From Halorutilales archaeon Cl-col2-1 (GTDB lineage: Archaea > Halobacteriota > Halobacteria > Halobacteriales > Afararchaeaceae), in assembly GCA_041891055.1 (NCBI GenBank), contig CP169074.1, forward strand, positions 1,120,001 to 1,184,000: 64,000 bases of DNA, read 5' to 3'. How positions within the stretch are numbered: the first letter of the stretch is position 1; every line of letters starts with the position of its first letter. Shown here one piece after another: positions 19,145 to 28,915 of this stretch. A model generated the notes under the pieces. The model saw only the letters and a program-made list of their open reading frames with translations, searched no databases and was not told where the DNA came from. A program made the translations under genes and the position numbers.

Positions 19145-20605
19145 ATGAATGAGATGACGAGACTCCGAGTAAGAGGTATCTATACCACAGCACTCACAAA
19201 GATGTTTCTCGATGAGGGCTACAATGTGGTCGACGTCTCAGAGGCGATAGACAGGAGGTTCAACGCCGACTTCGACGACGCGCGACCCGACGTGACGGTC
19301 GAGACCACCTACGACTCACAGGGTCTGAGACTGTCGGGTGACGCCACCTATGTCGACGGGGTCTCAGATCTGATCGCCGGCATCGGACGTGACGTCTTCG
19401 TCTGGGACTCCGACCATCCAAAAGGGGCGGTCTACAATACCGAGGTTACCGAGACGATCAGGAGCGGCGCAGTCGTCTCAGTTCCCGACGCCGACTCCGA
19501 CGGATTCCTCCCCTACTCGAACTCCGACGAACACATAGACGAGGGCGACAGGCTCAGGGTTACGGTAGTGAACCCCGAACCCCCGTGGTCCTCAAGAAAG
19601 CCCGGAGTCTCGACTGGGATACGTGTCGAGGGTGAACTCCTCGACATGTCGAGAGACGCAGAGTCGAAGACCGAGTTCGAGGGACTCCGCAGGCGTGAAC
19701 GAAACGAGGTTTCGAGGATCGCAGACATGCTAGGACTCTCACCTCCCGACGGCTGGGGAACCATCTGGAAGTCGAGGTCAGCGGATGCGGAGATGTCGGA
19801 GATAGGGGCTGAAGCCGAGGAACTCATCGAACGTGCCAAGAGTATCGAGTCGGCGGTCTCCGACGCTCCGAAACCCGAGAACGGTTCCCCCCTCGAAGTA
19901 CACACGTCCGACTCCAAGACGGTCTGGATCTGGTTTGGACGTGACGCACGTTCCGAACTCGACGAGATTAGACACGAGGTCACGACGACCACCGAAGGAC
20001 ACCACAGAATAAAGGCAGGGTCGGGAGACGCGTCGGCAGCAGTCGACTTCTTCGAGGCGGTACACGGGAGACACGGCGAGTTTCCGTTCGAGGGGGTCGT
20101 CGAGGCGTTCGGACCCAGCGAGGGCGACGAGGTCAACATCGTACACGGAAAGCCCGACGGAAGACGGATAGAGCTCGGAGACGCCGAGGTGGTATCCGTC
20201 GAATACGAGGAGGAGTCCATCGTAGTCGAGAGACGGATGTCGGCAAGGGGAGACTACGACGAGCTTGACGTCGAGAAAGAGAAGGGGGACGTCGCAGTCA
20301 CACGGTTCACCGAGGGAAGTCCCTACTATACGACCGTCTACACAGACGAAGACGGCGAGGAGAAGGGTGCCTACATCAATATCTCCACGGAGGTCGAGGT
20401 CTTTCCCGACAGGGTTAGATACGTCGATCTCCACGTCGACGTCGTGAGACGTAACGACGGAAAGGTCGAAACCGTCGACGAGCCTCTTCTGCGCGAGTCG
20501 GTCGAGGAGGGACACGTCCCGGAAGAGTTAGCCGAGACGGCAGTCGATGTCGCCGAGGAAGTAGAAGAGAAGATCAAAGACCAAGAAGAACTACTCAGTA
20601 GATAA
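19145..20605 (+). CDS. FAU-1/AU-1 RNA-binding ribonuclease (DUF402)
   Basis: RVRGIYTTALT, S1-like segment, GHHRIKA, YINISTEVE..YVDLHVDV; start approximate. Confidence 0.88.
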   Translation: MNEMTRLRVRGIYTTALTKMFLDEGYNVVDVSEAIDRRFNADFDDARPDVTVETTYDSQGLRLSGDATYVDGVSDLIAGIGRDVFVWDSDHPKGAVYNTEVTETIRSGAVVSVPDADSDGFLPYSNSDEHIDEGDRLRVTVVNPEPPWSSRKPGVSTGIRVEGELLDMSRDAESKTEFEGLRRRERNEVSRIADMLGLSPPDGWGTIWKSRSADAEMSEIGAEAEELIERAKSIESAVSDAPKPENGSPLEVHTSDSKTVWIWFGRDARSELDEIRHEVTTTTEGHHRIKAGSGDASAAVDFFEAVHGRHGEFPFEGVVEAFGPSEGDEVNIVHGKPDGRRIELGDAEVVSVEYEEESIVVERRMSARGDYDELDVEKEKGDVAVTRFTEGSPYYTTVYTDEDGEEKGAYINISTEVEVFPDRVRYVDLHVDVVRRNDGKVETVDEPLLRESVEEGHVPEELAETAVDVAEEVEEKIKDQEELLSR

Positions 20606-20608
20606 AGT

Positions 20609-21217
20609 ATGAGTATGCGCGTCATAAACCTCGCTGAAGACGTCGAAGTCTTCACCTCGAACGCCTACCTCGTGCTCGGTGACAGTAGTACCGACCTCGT
20701 AGACGTGGGCTCGTTCCCCGGCGTAGAGGAGGAGATACGCGAGTACGCTGACGACATTGACTCCGTCTACCTCACACACGGACACTCCGACCACGTCGGT
20801 AACCTCGACGAGGTAATAGACGGGTTCGACGCCGACGTCTACGCCTACGACTACTCGGGAGCCGAGGAAGTCAGAGACTGTGACGAGGTCGAGATAGGCG
20901 ACGAGAGCTTCGAGGTCGTCTACACGCCGGGGCACGCCGACGACCACGTGACTTTCGTGGGTGAGGAGACTGTCTTCAGCGGCGACGTATTCGTCTACAA
21001 CGACGGCGCGTACGACGACGGAAGCTTCGGCAGAACCGACATGGCGGGTCAGTCACGTGAGACACTCATCGAGAGTCTGCGCCGTGTGATCGACCGTCTT
21101 CCCGAGACCGCCGAAAGCCTCTATCCGGGACACGGCGACGAGTTCCACGGCGAAATAAGTGAGGTAGTCGAGAGGGCACTCGAAAGAGCCGAGCGACGTG
21201 AGCCTAAGTACCAATGA
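20609..21217 (+). CDS. MBL-fold metallo-hydrolase
   Basis: THGHSDHVG, TPGHADDH, SGD, PGHG. Confidence 0.92.
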   Translation: MSMRVINLAEDVEVFTSNAYLVLGDSSTDLVDVGSFPGVEEEIREYADDIDSVYLTHGHSDHVGNLDEVIDGFDADVYAYDYSGAEEVRDCDEVEIGDESFEVVYTPGHADDHVTFVGEETVFSGDVFVYNDGAYDDGSFGRTDMAGQSRETLIESLRRVIDRLPETAESLYPGHGDEFHGEISEVVERALERAERREPKYQ

Positions 21218-22277
21218 GTCGACTGTAGATTCTTCGGCATCTTCTCAGAACACTGAGACTCACGCTCTCGTCTGCGGTGTGTGCCTCGCCCCTCTCCGCC
21301 GCGCCACAGACTACACAGTCGGTACCAGCGCGTGATAGCCAGCCTGCGTCGGTGGCGTGAGGCTTGACGACTGCGTCTGGATCTCGATCGGTCTCATCTG
21401 AGTCGGAGGAGGCTGCGAGAACCGACGAGACGAAGTCGTCGTCGTCACACTCCATCGCTGGAACCTCCGAGACGACGTCCGACTCCAGCCCTGAGACGGG
21501 TTCCAGACCCTGAGTACGTGGGACGGTTCTCTCGTCGACGGTGAATCTACACGTCTCAGGTATGACGTTCGACGCGCCGTCGACGTTCGACTCGATACGC
21601 GTCACTGCGGCGGTTCCGGATATCTCCTCACCCGCGACCTCGACAGTCTCGAAGCCGTAGTTCCTTACCTCCTCGACGCCGGCGAGAGCCTCGTAGACGG
21701 CGTTGACAGCCTCGTCGGGCTGGCTAGCGTGTCCCGACTCTCCTCTCGCAGTCAACTCCCACTCACGTCTTCCCCTGTGGGCGACTCCGACGTCGACGGT
21801 TCGTGGCGACGAGTATCCCGTCGAGCCCTCGACGACGACCGCGCGGTCGGGTGAGACTCCGTTCTCTACTGCGTGTCTCGCGCCTATGCCGCCTTTCTCC
21901 TCTCCGACGAAGCTACACAGGAGAACCTCGGAGGACGGATCGGCGTCACCGAATCCGAGCATCGCGGCGGCGAGCGATCCCTTCATGTCGGCAGTTCCCC
22001 TGCCGTAGAGTCTTCCGTCTCTCTTATCGACGACGAAGCTTCCGTCCTCGATCTGACTCTCGTCGGGGGGCACGACGTCGTGGTGTCCGACGAGTCCGAG
22101 GGACGGACTGCCCTCTCCCTTCCGAGCTATGACGTTTCCGACGGCGTCACGTTCTACTTCGGCGTCTGTCTCACGTCTGAGCCACGACTCGACTAAGTCG
22201 CCCGTCTCTTCCTCGCCGCAGTCGTCTCCAACACCGACGGTAACGAGACGTCTCGTGAGGCTCTCGACCTCGTCCAT
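21204..22277 (-). CDS. M20 family metallopeptidase (ArgE/DapE-like)
   Basis: GHHDVVP, GRGTADMKG, GEE, EAHTADE. Confidence 0.9.
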   Translation of the reverse strand: MDEVESLTRRLVTVGVGDDCGEEETGDLVESWLRRETDAEVERDAVGNVIARKGEGSPSLGLVGHHDVVPPDESQIEDGSFVVDKRDGRLYGRGTADMKGSLAAAMLGFGDADPSSEVLLCSFVGEEKGGIGARHAVENGVSPDRAVVVEGSTGYSSPRTVDVGVAHRGRREWELTARGESGHASQPDEAVNAVYEALAGVEEVRNYGFETVEVAGEEISGTAAVTRIESNVDGASNVIPETCRFTVDERTVPRTQGLEPVSGLESDVVSEVPAMECDDDDFVSSVLAASSDSDETDRDPDAVVKPHATDAGWLSRAGTDCVVCGAAERGEAHTADESVSLSVLRRCRRIYSRLIGT

Positions 22278-22283
22278 CTCGGT

Positions 22284-22760
22284 CTAACCTGCTTCTTCGA
22301 CTGCGTCTTTTATCTCGTCGAAGTCGGGTAGTACGCTCGGATCGTCCGAGACCCATCTGTATACTACCTCTCGGTCGTCGATAACGAAGACGCTCCTCTT
22401 AGCTAAGCCGTGAAGTCCCGCGAGTTCCTCCATCCTGACGCCGTATTCGTCTATGACCTCCTTGTCGAAGTCACTGAGTAGAGGAAAGTTGAGGTCATTC
22501 TCGTCACGGAAGGCGTTGAGAGCGAAGGGCGTGTCGACGCTTACGCCGTAGACTTCGGCTCCGAGATCCTCGAACTCCGAGAGTGAGTCCCTCATCTCAC
22601 ACATCTCGTCGGTACAGACGGGTGTGAAAGCACCGGGGAAGAAGGCGAGGACGACAGTTCCGTCGGTGTCTTCGAGGTCGAACTCGCCGACATCTCCGTC
22701 AGCCATGGGTACTCTGAACGTCGGTGCTGTGTCTCCTTCTTGAGGCGGTGAGTCTGCCAT
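22284..22760 (-). CDS. Peroxiredoxin (redoxin domain)
   Basis: FFPGAFTPVCTDEMC, GVSVD, FPLLSD. Confidence 0.92.
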   Translation of the reverse strand: MADSPPQEGDTAPTFRVPMADGDVGEFDLEDTDGTVVLAFFPGAFTPVCTDEMCEMRDSLSEFEDLGAEVYGVSVDTPFALNAFRDENDLNFPLLSDFDKEVIDEYGVRMEELAGLHGLAKRSVFVIDDREVVYRWVSDDPSVLPDFDEIKDAVEEAG

Positions 22761-22800
22761 ACTCCCAAGACGAGCTACAGATACATAGGGTTAGGGTCGG

Positions 22801-22911
22801 TCAGTCCTTGAGTCCCCTCTTGAAGTCGACGACTACGCGGCGTATCAGAAGCCCGAGTATGAGAACGACTACGACGACTGTTCCTATCACGACGTAGTCG
22901 ATGATGTTCAT
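22801..22911 (-). CDS. 36-aa single-TM small protein, absent from ORF track
   Basis: MNIIDYVVIGTVVVVVLILGLLIRRVVVDFKRGLKD; fills an intergenic gap on the same strand as its neighbours. Confidence 0.6.
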   Translation of the reverse strand: MNIIDYVVIGTVVVVVLILGLLIRRVVVDFKRGLKD

Positions 22912-22951
22912 ACTCCGTAGACGTCTCGGCGGAAGATAACTCTGTTGGGTC

Positions 22952-23455
22952 TTAGCCCGAGAGCTCTATGAGTGTCTCACGGCTTCGGCTTTCGAGACTC
23001 ACGACCCCGCCCTCGTAGTCGCCGTCTTCTACCTCTATCTCGGCGTAGGTGGGAGGCGATCCCCGGGGACGCGTCGGACTTCCGGGGTTGAGAAGATCCA
23101 CACCGCGAGACGAGAAAGACGGGGTGTGGGAGTGTCCGTAGACCACGAGGTCGGCGTCGGTCTCCATCGCCGCGTACTCGAGCTCGTGTGACGACGAGAT
23201 ACGGTGTCCGTGGAGTACTCCAACGCGGAGTCCCTCGACCTCGAAGACACGTCTCCTCGGAAGGTTCGTCTTTAAGGCGTCGTCGTCGGCGTTTCCGTGT
23301 ACAGCCACTAAGCTGTCGGAGTCGGAGACGAAGCCGTCGTAGACCTCCTCGGAGACGAAGTCGCCCGCGTGGACGACGTAGTCGGCGTCGTCGACCGGGA
23401 CGGAGTGGTCGTACTCCCTGAGATGGGTGTCGGATGTGATGACTACCTTCTCCAT
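22952..23455 (-). CDS. YfcE/MJ0936-type metallophosphoesterase
   Basis: SDTH, HAGD, GNAD, HGH, GHSH, NPGS; start set at ATG 23455. Confidence 0.9.
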   Translation of the reverse strand: MEKVVITSDTHLREYDHSVPVDDADYVVHAGDFVSEEVYDGFVSDSDSLVAVHGNADDDALKTNLPRRRVFEVEGLRVGVLHGHRISSSHELEYAAMETDADLVVYGHSHTPSFSSRGVDLLNPGSPTRPRGSPPTYAEIEVEDGDYEGGVVSLESRSRETLIELSG

Positions 23456-23520
23456 ACGGAGGGTTTTCTTCTCAAACACTAAACCTAAACCTATTTCTCC
23501 GAAGGCATACTACGCCTGCC

Positions 23521-26148
23521 GTGGAAGACAAGACGAAGATACGCGGCGTTGTCACCCATCTCGGTGAGACGAATAAGTACGACGGGAGCCGTATAGCCGA
23601 GATAAGTATAGAGACCGGCGAAGTCTCTGAGTCGGAGTCGGTCTCGGTGACCCTCTGGGGAGACTGGGTCGAGACTCTCAGCGTAGCCGAGGAGGGCGAC
23701 GAGATACTCGTCACCGATGTCGAGGAGCGAGGAAGCCGAGAGTACACGACGACCACCGACTCGTACGTCATCGTCGAGCCCGACTACCTCGTCAATGTCA
23801 CGGATATCCGTTCGTGGGTGGAATGTCCGCGTCTCTACTACCTCAACAAGCTCACAGGAATACCGCTTAAGTACGAGGTGATACGTGGCACAGTCGTACA
23901 CAGAGTCTTCGGAGACCTTCTTAGGAACATCGACCTCGAAGACGCAGTCGAAGACAGGGTCGAGGAAGTCGGGCTCGAACTCGGTCTCCTCGGACGTGAC
24001 GCGGGAGAGGTGAGACGGGAGGTCGAGGAGCACGCTCGCGGCATAGAGTCGTGGCTTGAACAGACAGCACTCGTCGACGACTCGTGGAGGAGCGAGAAGA
24101 CACTTCTGAGCGAGAAGTTCGGCATCAAGGGGAGATCCGACGCCGTGAGACGCGGAACCCCTGTCGAGCTAAAGACGGGGAAGAACACGTCGGGAGACGC
24201 TAGGTTCAAGGACAAGGTACAGGCGGCTTCTTACTGTCTTCTTCTGAGGGAGAAGGGCAGAGAAGTCGACTCGGCGACAGTCCTCTACACGCGAAACGCC
24301 GCACGCAACGAGCCCGTCGCAAGAGACTTCCGTGTCACGAAGGGACTCCTCGACTTTGTGGTGAGGACGAGGAATGAGATCGCAGCGGCGGAGACACGTA
24401 ACGAGTCTCCGACGGGAGAGACGTCGAACCTGCCGTGTAGCTCGTGTTTCGAGCAGGACACGTGTATGGTAGTCTCGGGAAAGCTCGACCAGGAGTCGAA
24501 GGCGGGTAAGATAGGTTCTCCGATTCCCGAGAAAGAGAGGGACTACTTCGACGACGTCTACTCCTTCATAGAGAACGAGAGACAAGCCGTCCACGACGAG
24601 TTCGCTAAGCTCTGGAGACAGTCTCCCGAGGAGAGGGCGGAAGACGACCGCGCGCTCGTCGACCTCGAACCCGTGGGAAAGTCGGAGGTAGGGGGTAAGT
24701 GGGAGCTAAGAGCCGAGAGGCTCTCGGACGGCGTCTCGAAGATACGTGAGGGTGACACCGTATTAGCGAGCGACGGCGACCCTATACGTGGAGACGCCGA
24801 GATCGGACGTGTCGAGAGGCTCGACGATCAGGTCGTCGTAACCACAGACGAACCTCTCGAACTCAGACGGATAGACGTCTATCCCTCGGAGATAAACGTC
24901 GACCGTCTCCTCAACTCACTCCACGACTTCGTCCTCAAGTCGGAGCCGAGGGAGAAGAAGGTCTTCCTCGGAGACGCAGATCCCGAGTTCGACGACTCGT
25001 GGGAGGAGTACGTCCCGAACAACGAGAGACAGAACGAGGCTGTCAACCTGGGCGTCAACGCGCGTGACCTCGCCGTAATACACGGTCCTCCGGGGACGGG
25101 AAAGACCTACACGATAGCACATCTCGTGCGCGCTCTCGTGAGAGACGGTCAAAGGGTACTCGTCTCGGCACTCACCAACCGCGCCGTCGACAACGTACTC
25201 GAAGCAGTCGAGGAACAGGGCTACGACGGCTTCGTGCGTTTCGGCACCGAGTCGGGAGTCACAGACTCGATGACGGAGTACAGGGTAGAACACAGAGGAG
25301 ACCCCGACGAGAGGGCGGAGGAGCTTCTACGTGCCGACGTCGTGGGGGCGACCACGTCGTCGTGTTCTTCGCGCGTTATGAGGGAACAGGAGTTCGACGT
25401 CGCAGTCGTCGACGAGGCGTCTCAGCTTACCGAACCCGAGACGCTCGCAGCCGTGAGCTTAGCCGAGAAGTTCGTCCTCGTAGGCGACCACCACCAGCTA
25501 CCGCCCGTGACAGCCGACGGAGCACCCTCGGCTTTCGAACGTCTAACCGAGACGTACCCCGAGGCGACAGTGATGCTCGACCGCCAGTACAGGATGTCAC
25601 AGAGGATACAGGCGTACTCGTCACGTGAGTTCTACGACGGAGGTCTGTATCCCGCTCACCGCGAGGTGGCGGCACAGTCGCCCGAAGATATAGACGGTGT
25701 CGACTCCGGGAGTCTCCCCGACGAGATACAGAGTCCCGTCTCGTTCGTGAACGTCGAAGGCGAACAGGAAGGAAACACGAACACGGAAGAGGCGGACGAA
25801 GTAGCGCGTATCGTCGACGGTCTCTTAGACGCCGGCGTCGACGGTTCCGACGTGGGAGTCATAGCTCCTTTCAGGGCACAGGTCGCCGCGATAAAACCCA
25901 GGATAGACGACTCGGTAGCAGTCGACACAGTCGACAGGTTCCAGGGTTCAAGCAAGGAGATAGTCGTAGTCTCTTTCGTCGCGACGGGGAGCCTCGAAAG
26001 CCCCGTCTTCGATGACTACAGACGTCTCAACGTAGCTCTGACACGTGCGAAGAAGTCGCTCGTCCTAGTCGGCGACGAGTCGGCTCTGCGTGACGACGGT
26101 CTCTACTCACGCATGGTCGAGTGGGCGGACAGATCCTACTCGGATTAA
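23521..26148 (+). CDS. Dna2-like nuclease-helicase (OB fold + Cas4-like Fe-S nuclease + SF1 helicase)
   Basis: ECPR...GRSD..ELKTG...CSSCFEQDTC; [42 protein letters not shown]. Confidence 0.9.
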   Translation: MEDKTKIRGVVTHLGETNKYDGSRIAEISIETGEVSESESVSVTLWGDWVETLSVAEEGDEILVTDVEERGSREYTTTTDSYVIVEPDYLVNVTDIRSWVECPRLYYLNKLTGIPLKYEVIRGTVVHRVFGDLLRNIDLEDAVEDRVEEVGLELGLLGRDAGEVRREVEEHARGIESWLEQTALVDDSWRSEKTLLSEKFGIKGRSDAVRRGTPVELKTGKNTSGDARFKDKVQAASYCLLLREKGREVDSATVLYTRNAARNEPVARDFRVTKGLLDFVVRTRNEIAAAETRNESPTGETSNLPCSSCFEQDTCMVVSGKLDQESKAGKIGSPIPEKERDYFDDVYSFIENERQAVHDEFAKLWRQSPEERAEDDRALVDLEPVGKSEVGGKWELRAERLSDGVSKIREGDTVLASDGDPIRGDAEIGRVERLDDQVVVTTDEPLELRRIDVYPSEINVDRLLNSLHDFVLKSEPREKKVFLGDADPEFDDSWEEYVPNNERQNEAVNLGVNARDLAVIHGPPGTGKTYTIAHLVRALVRDGQRVLVSALTNRAVDNVLEAVEEQGYDGFVRFGTESGVTDSMTEYRVEHRGDPDERAEELLRADVVGATTSSCSSRVMREQEFDVAVVDEASQLTEPETLAAVSLAEKFVLVGDHHQLPPVTADGAPSAFERLTETYPEATVMLDRQYRMSQRIQAYSSREFYDGGLYPAHREVAAQSPEDIDGVDSGSLPDEIQSPVSFVNVEGEQEGNTNTEEADEVARIVDGLLDAGVDGSDVGVIAPFRAQVAAIKPRIDDSVAVDTVDRFQGSSKEIVVVSFVATGSLESPVFDDYRRLNVALTRAKKSLVLVGDESALRDDGLYSRMVEWADRSYSD

Positions 26149-26206
26149 TAGGTCTCAGACGCCGTACCGTAGTCCTTATTATATCTGTGGAGTAATTTAA
26201 TATAAA

Positions 26207-27028
26207 ATGAGATCGAGACTCGGATACATAGGACTCGTAAGCCTCGTGGCTCTGTCGGCTCTCGGAGCCGCGAGCGGGATGTGGAAGCTGATAGGAATTT
26301 CGTGGGTCGCCTTCGGAATAATGGTGGTCGGCGGCTTCATATCCGAGAGGAGCGACACTACGCATCCCATGAACTTAGTCTGGGGGTACGGGCTCTCAGG
26401 AGGAGCGATGGTCACGAGTGCGTCGATATTCCTCGTCTCGTCGGCTATAAACCACGATCCCGTCTACGGAGGTATCGGAATCGCCTCCGGAATAATCGGC
26501 GGATACGCGGGGCACAACATAAGACACAGGCTCGCCCACGTCGACCTACCCGTCGAACGCACTACAGCAGAGATCTCGGTGCATTCGGTCTCGGCGGGCG
26601 TCATAATAGGCATAGTCTACGGAAACATGCCGTCCCTCGGACCTCTCCTGGGTCTCTCGATAGTCTCACACAAGGGACCCGCGGGGTATGCGGTCGCCCA
26701 CCGTCTGAGGGAGGCGGATCTCCCAATCTCGGCTCTGATGCTTCCGGCGTCGGGAGTCGGAATAGCCGGAATAATATCGGGCTTTCTCAGTCTGCCTAAC
26801 ATACCCGAGGTAAACGGCCTCGTCTTCGGCTTCGCCTCGGGGATATTCCTACACGCCGCGATGGACTTCCTCCCACCGTGTGAGACGGAGGGCGAGATAT
26901 ACGAGGTCGCCGCAGCACGCGGAAAGGGACACGAGTACCTCGACAAGCTACGTGACCACGCCCTGATAAGCACAGTTATAGGAGGGGTCGTCGTCCTACT
27001 CGCACGTCTCGTCTTAGGCATGGGTTAA
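26207..27028 (+). CDS. ZIP family metal transporter
   Basis: Multi-TM; HSVSAG, SHKGPAG, GIFLHAAMDFLP. Confidence 0.8.
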   Translation: MRSRLGYIGLVSLVALSALGAASGMWKLIGISWVAFGIMVVGGFISERSDTTHPMNLVWGYGLSGGAMVTSASIFLVSSAINHDPVYGGIGIASGIIGGYAGHNIRHRLAHVDLPVERTTAEISVHSVSAGVIIGIVYGNMPSLGPLLGLSIVSHKGPAGYAVAHRLREADLPISALMLPASGVGIAGIISGFLSLPNIPEVNGLVFGFASGIFLHAAMDFLPPCETEGEIYEVAAARGKGHEYLDKLRDHALISTVIGGVVVLLARLVLGMG

Positions 27029-27084
27029 TACTACTCGCCCTAAGATGCTAGATATTAATAAGTCAGTAGCTATTGTTATTAGAC

Positions 27085-27783
27085 ATGGCGCACATACATC
27101 TCCCCGACGGTGTGATACCCGTCTGGGCGGTAGCTCTCTGGTACTTAGTAGGAGGAGTAGTCGTAGCAGGAGCCGTCTGGAAGCTACGTTCGGGAGAGAC
27201 CGAGACACGTAAGATAGCATTGGGAGGAATGGCGGCGGCAGCGAGCTTCGCCGTCTTCCAGCTCAACCTACCCGTCTTAGGAGGTGTCCATCTCAATCTG
27301 ACTCCTCTCGTCGGCGTACTCGCGGGTCCGGCTCTCGGAAGCCTAATAGCTCTCGTCGTCAACGTCCTGTCAGCGATGCTCGGACACGGAGCGTGGGGCT
27401 TCCTCGGTGCTAACACGTTAGTCAACGCCACCGAGGTGACAGTCGCATACTACGTCTTCGTGAGTCTGAGGAGGATGAACTGGAACGCCTTCGTGTCGTC
27501 GAGCCTGTCAGCGATGGCGGGTCTAGGAGTCGGCTCCCTGCTGATGGGAGGAATACCTCTAGTGAGCGGTCTCAACGGCGTCGAGTTAGGCGGCTCCGAC
27601 CTCGCCGTCTACATGGGAGCACTCGTCGCACTCAACCTCGGTGTCGCAGTAGTCGAGAGCCTCGTCACGGGATTCATAGTCACTTACATAGTCAAGCTAC
27701 GTCCCGACCTCGTCTCAGGAGGACTGCTTCCGTCTGAGTCGGCTGCGGGGAGTCAGAACGAGAACGCGGAGGTGTCAGCGTGA
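27085..27783 (+). CDS. cbiM: ECF Co/Ni transporter substrate-binding component (CbiM/NikM family)
   Basis: N-terminal MAHIHLPDG, GGVHLNLTPL, GHGAWGFLGAN. Confidence 0.85.
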   Translation: MAHIHLPDGVIPVWAVALWYLVGGVVVAGAVWKLRSGETETRKIALGGMAAAASFAVFQLNLPVLGGVHLNLTPLVGVLAGPALGSLIALVVNVLSAMLGHGAWGFLGANTLVNATEVTVAYYVFVSLRRMNWNAFVSSSLSAMAGLGVGSLLMGGIPLVSGLNGVELGGSDLAVYMGALVALNLGVAVVESLVTGFIVTYIVKLRPDLVSGGLLPSESAAGSQNENAEVSA

Positions 27784-28097
27784 AGAGTCTAAGACAGTAC
27801 GTGGCTTACGTACTGTCTCTGGCTGTCTTCGGTGCCCTGGGATACTTAGGCTTCAGATCCACCGGAGGCAGTGTTCCGTACGCAAAGAGGTTCAAGACCG
27901 TCGTCGACGGCACGGTGAGATCGGGTGACGGGGATCTAGTCGACCTGGCACGCGGCGTTCTCGTCGCAGGACCCATACGTAAGTCGGGTCTCACGACGAC
28001 GTACATAGGCATAACAGCCGTTCTCCTCGCCGTAGGCGTCGGTTTCTACGTCTATGCCACGAGATCGGAGGACGAGACACCGACGGCTGAGAGGTGA
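27780..28097 (+). CDS. Small 2-TM ECF accessory component (CbiN/NikN position)
   Basis: GTGA overlaps with cbiM and cbiQ; two hydrophobic segments. Confidence 0.6.
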   Translation: MKSLRQYVAYVLSLAVFGALGYLGFRSTGGSVPYAKRFKTVVDGTVRSGDGDLVDLARGVLVAGPIRKSGLTTTYIGITAVLLAVGVGFYVYATRSEDETPTAER

Positions 28098-28915
28098 ATA
28101 TGTCAGTGTCACAGTCCTCGAACCACAGCCACGTCCCCGACCCGCGTTATCTCACGCATTACGCGGAGAGCCACGACAGCCGTCTCCACCGTCTGAACCC
28201 GTGGACGAAGGCGGCGGTACTTCCCCTCTTAGTCGTGGCTGTGACTGTAGCCCGGGGACTCGTCGCTGTCGGGGTCTTATACGCCGCAGTCCTTGGTCTT
28301 TATGCGGTCTCGGGGCTTCCGGTGAGACGTCTCGTGGGATGGTACAGCCTTCCCTTCGTCTTCGTGTCGGCTGTAGGAGTTCCCGTGGCTTTCGGCGTCG
28401 AGGGTACACGTCTCGTCGGAGTCGGAGTCGGAGGCATAACTCTGACAGTCGAAGGCGTCACGGCGTATCTCGAAATGCTCGGAAGGGGGCTCACCGTCGT
28501 GACCTACTCGTTAGGCGTATGGATGACGACGAGGTACAACGAGGTCGCATACGTACTCGGAAGGAGTCTTCCCGAGCCTCTCGACCAGATACTACTCCTC
28601 GCGTACCGTTTTAGCTTCGTGATGGTCGAGGTCGTCGAGGATCTCGTCAAAGCACTCAGGTCACGAGGCTCCGACTTCCTGACCGAGTTCTGGAGTAACA
28701 GAGCCCTCTACGGTAGCATAGTCGGAGCCGCGTTCATAGACTCGGTCGAGAGATCCGAGAGAATAGTCAAGTCGATGGAGTCACGTGGGTACGACGGAGA
28801 CCTAACAGTCTATACGACTGTCGAGAAGCCTCCCATGAGAGAAACCGTCTTACTTGCCGGATTAGGCGTGGGTGTGCTGACATACAGCCTCAGGTTCACC
28901 TACGGGGTGGTGTGA
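28094..28915 (+). CDS. cbiQ: ECF transmembrane T component
   Basis: LHRLNPWTK, LAYRF, ALRSRG, SMESRGYDG. Confidence 0.88.
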   Translation: MNMSVSQSSNHSHVPDPRYLTHYAESHDSRLHRLNPWTKAAVLPLLVVAVTVARGLVAVGVLYAAVLGLYAVSGLPVRRLVGWYSLPFVFVSAVGVPVAFGVEGTRLVGVGVGGITLTVEGVTAYLEMLGRGLTVVTYSLGVWMTTRYNEVAYVLGRSLPEPLDQILLLAYRFSFVMVEVVEDLVKALRSRGSDFLTEFWSNRALYGSIVGAAFIDSVERSERIVKSMESRGYDGDLTVYTTVEKPPMRETVLLAGLGVGVLTYSLRFTYGVV

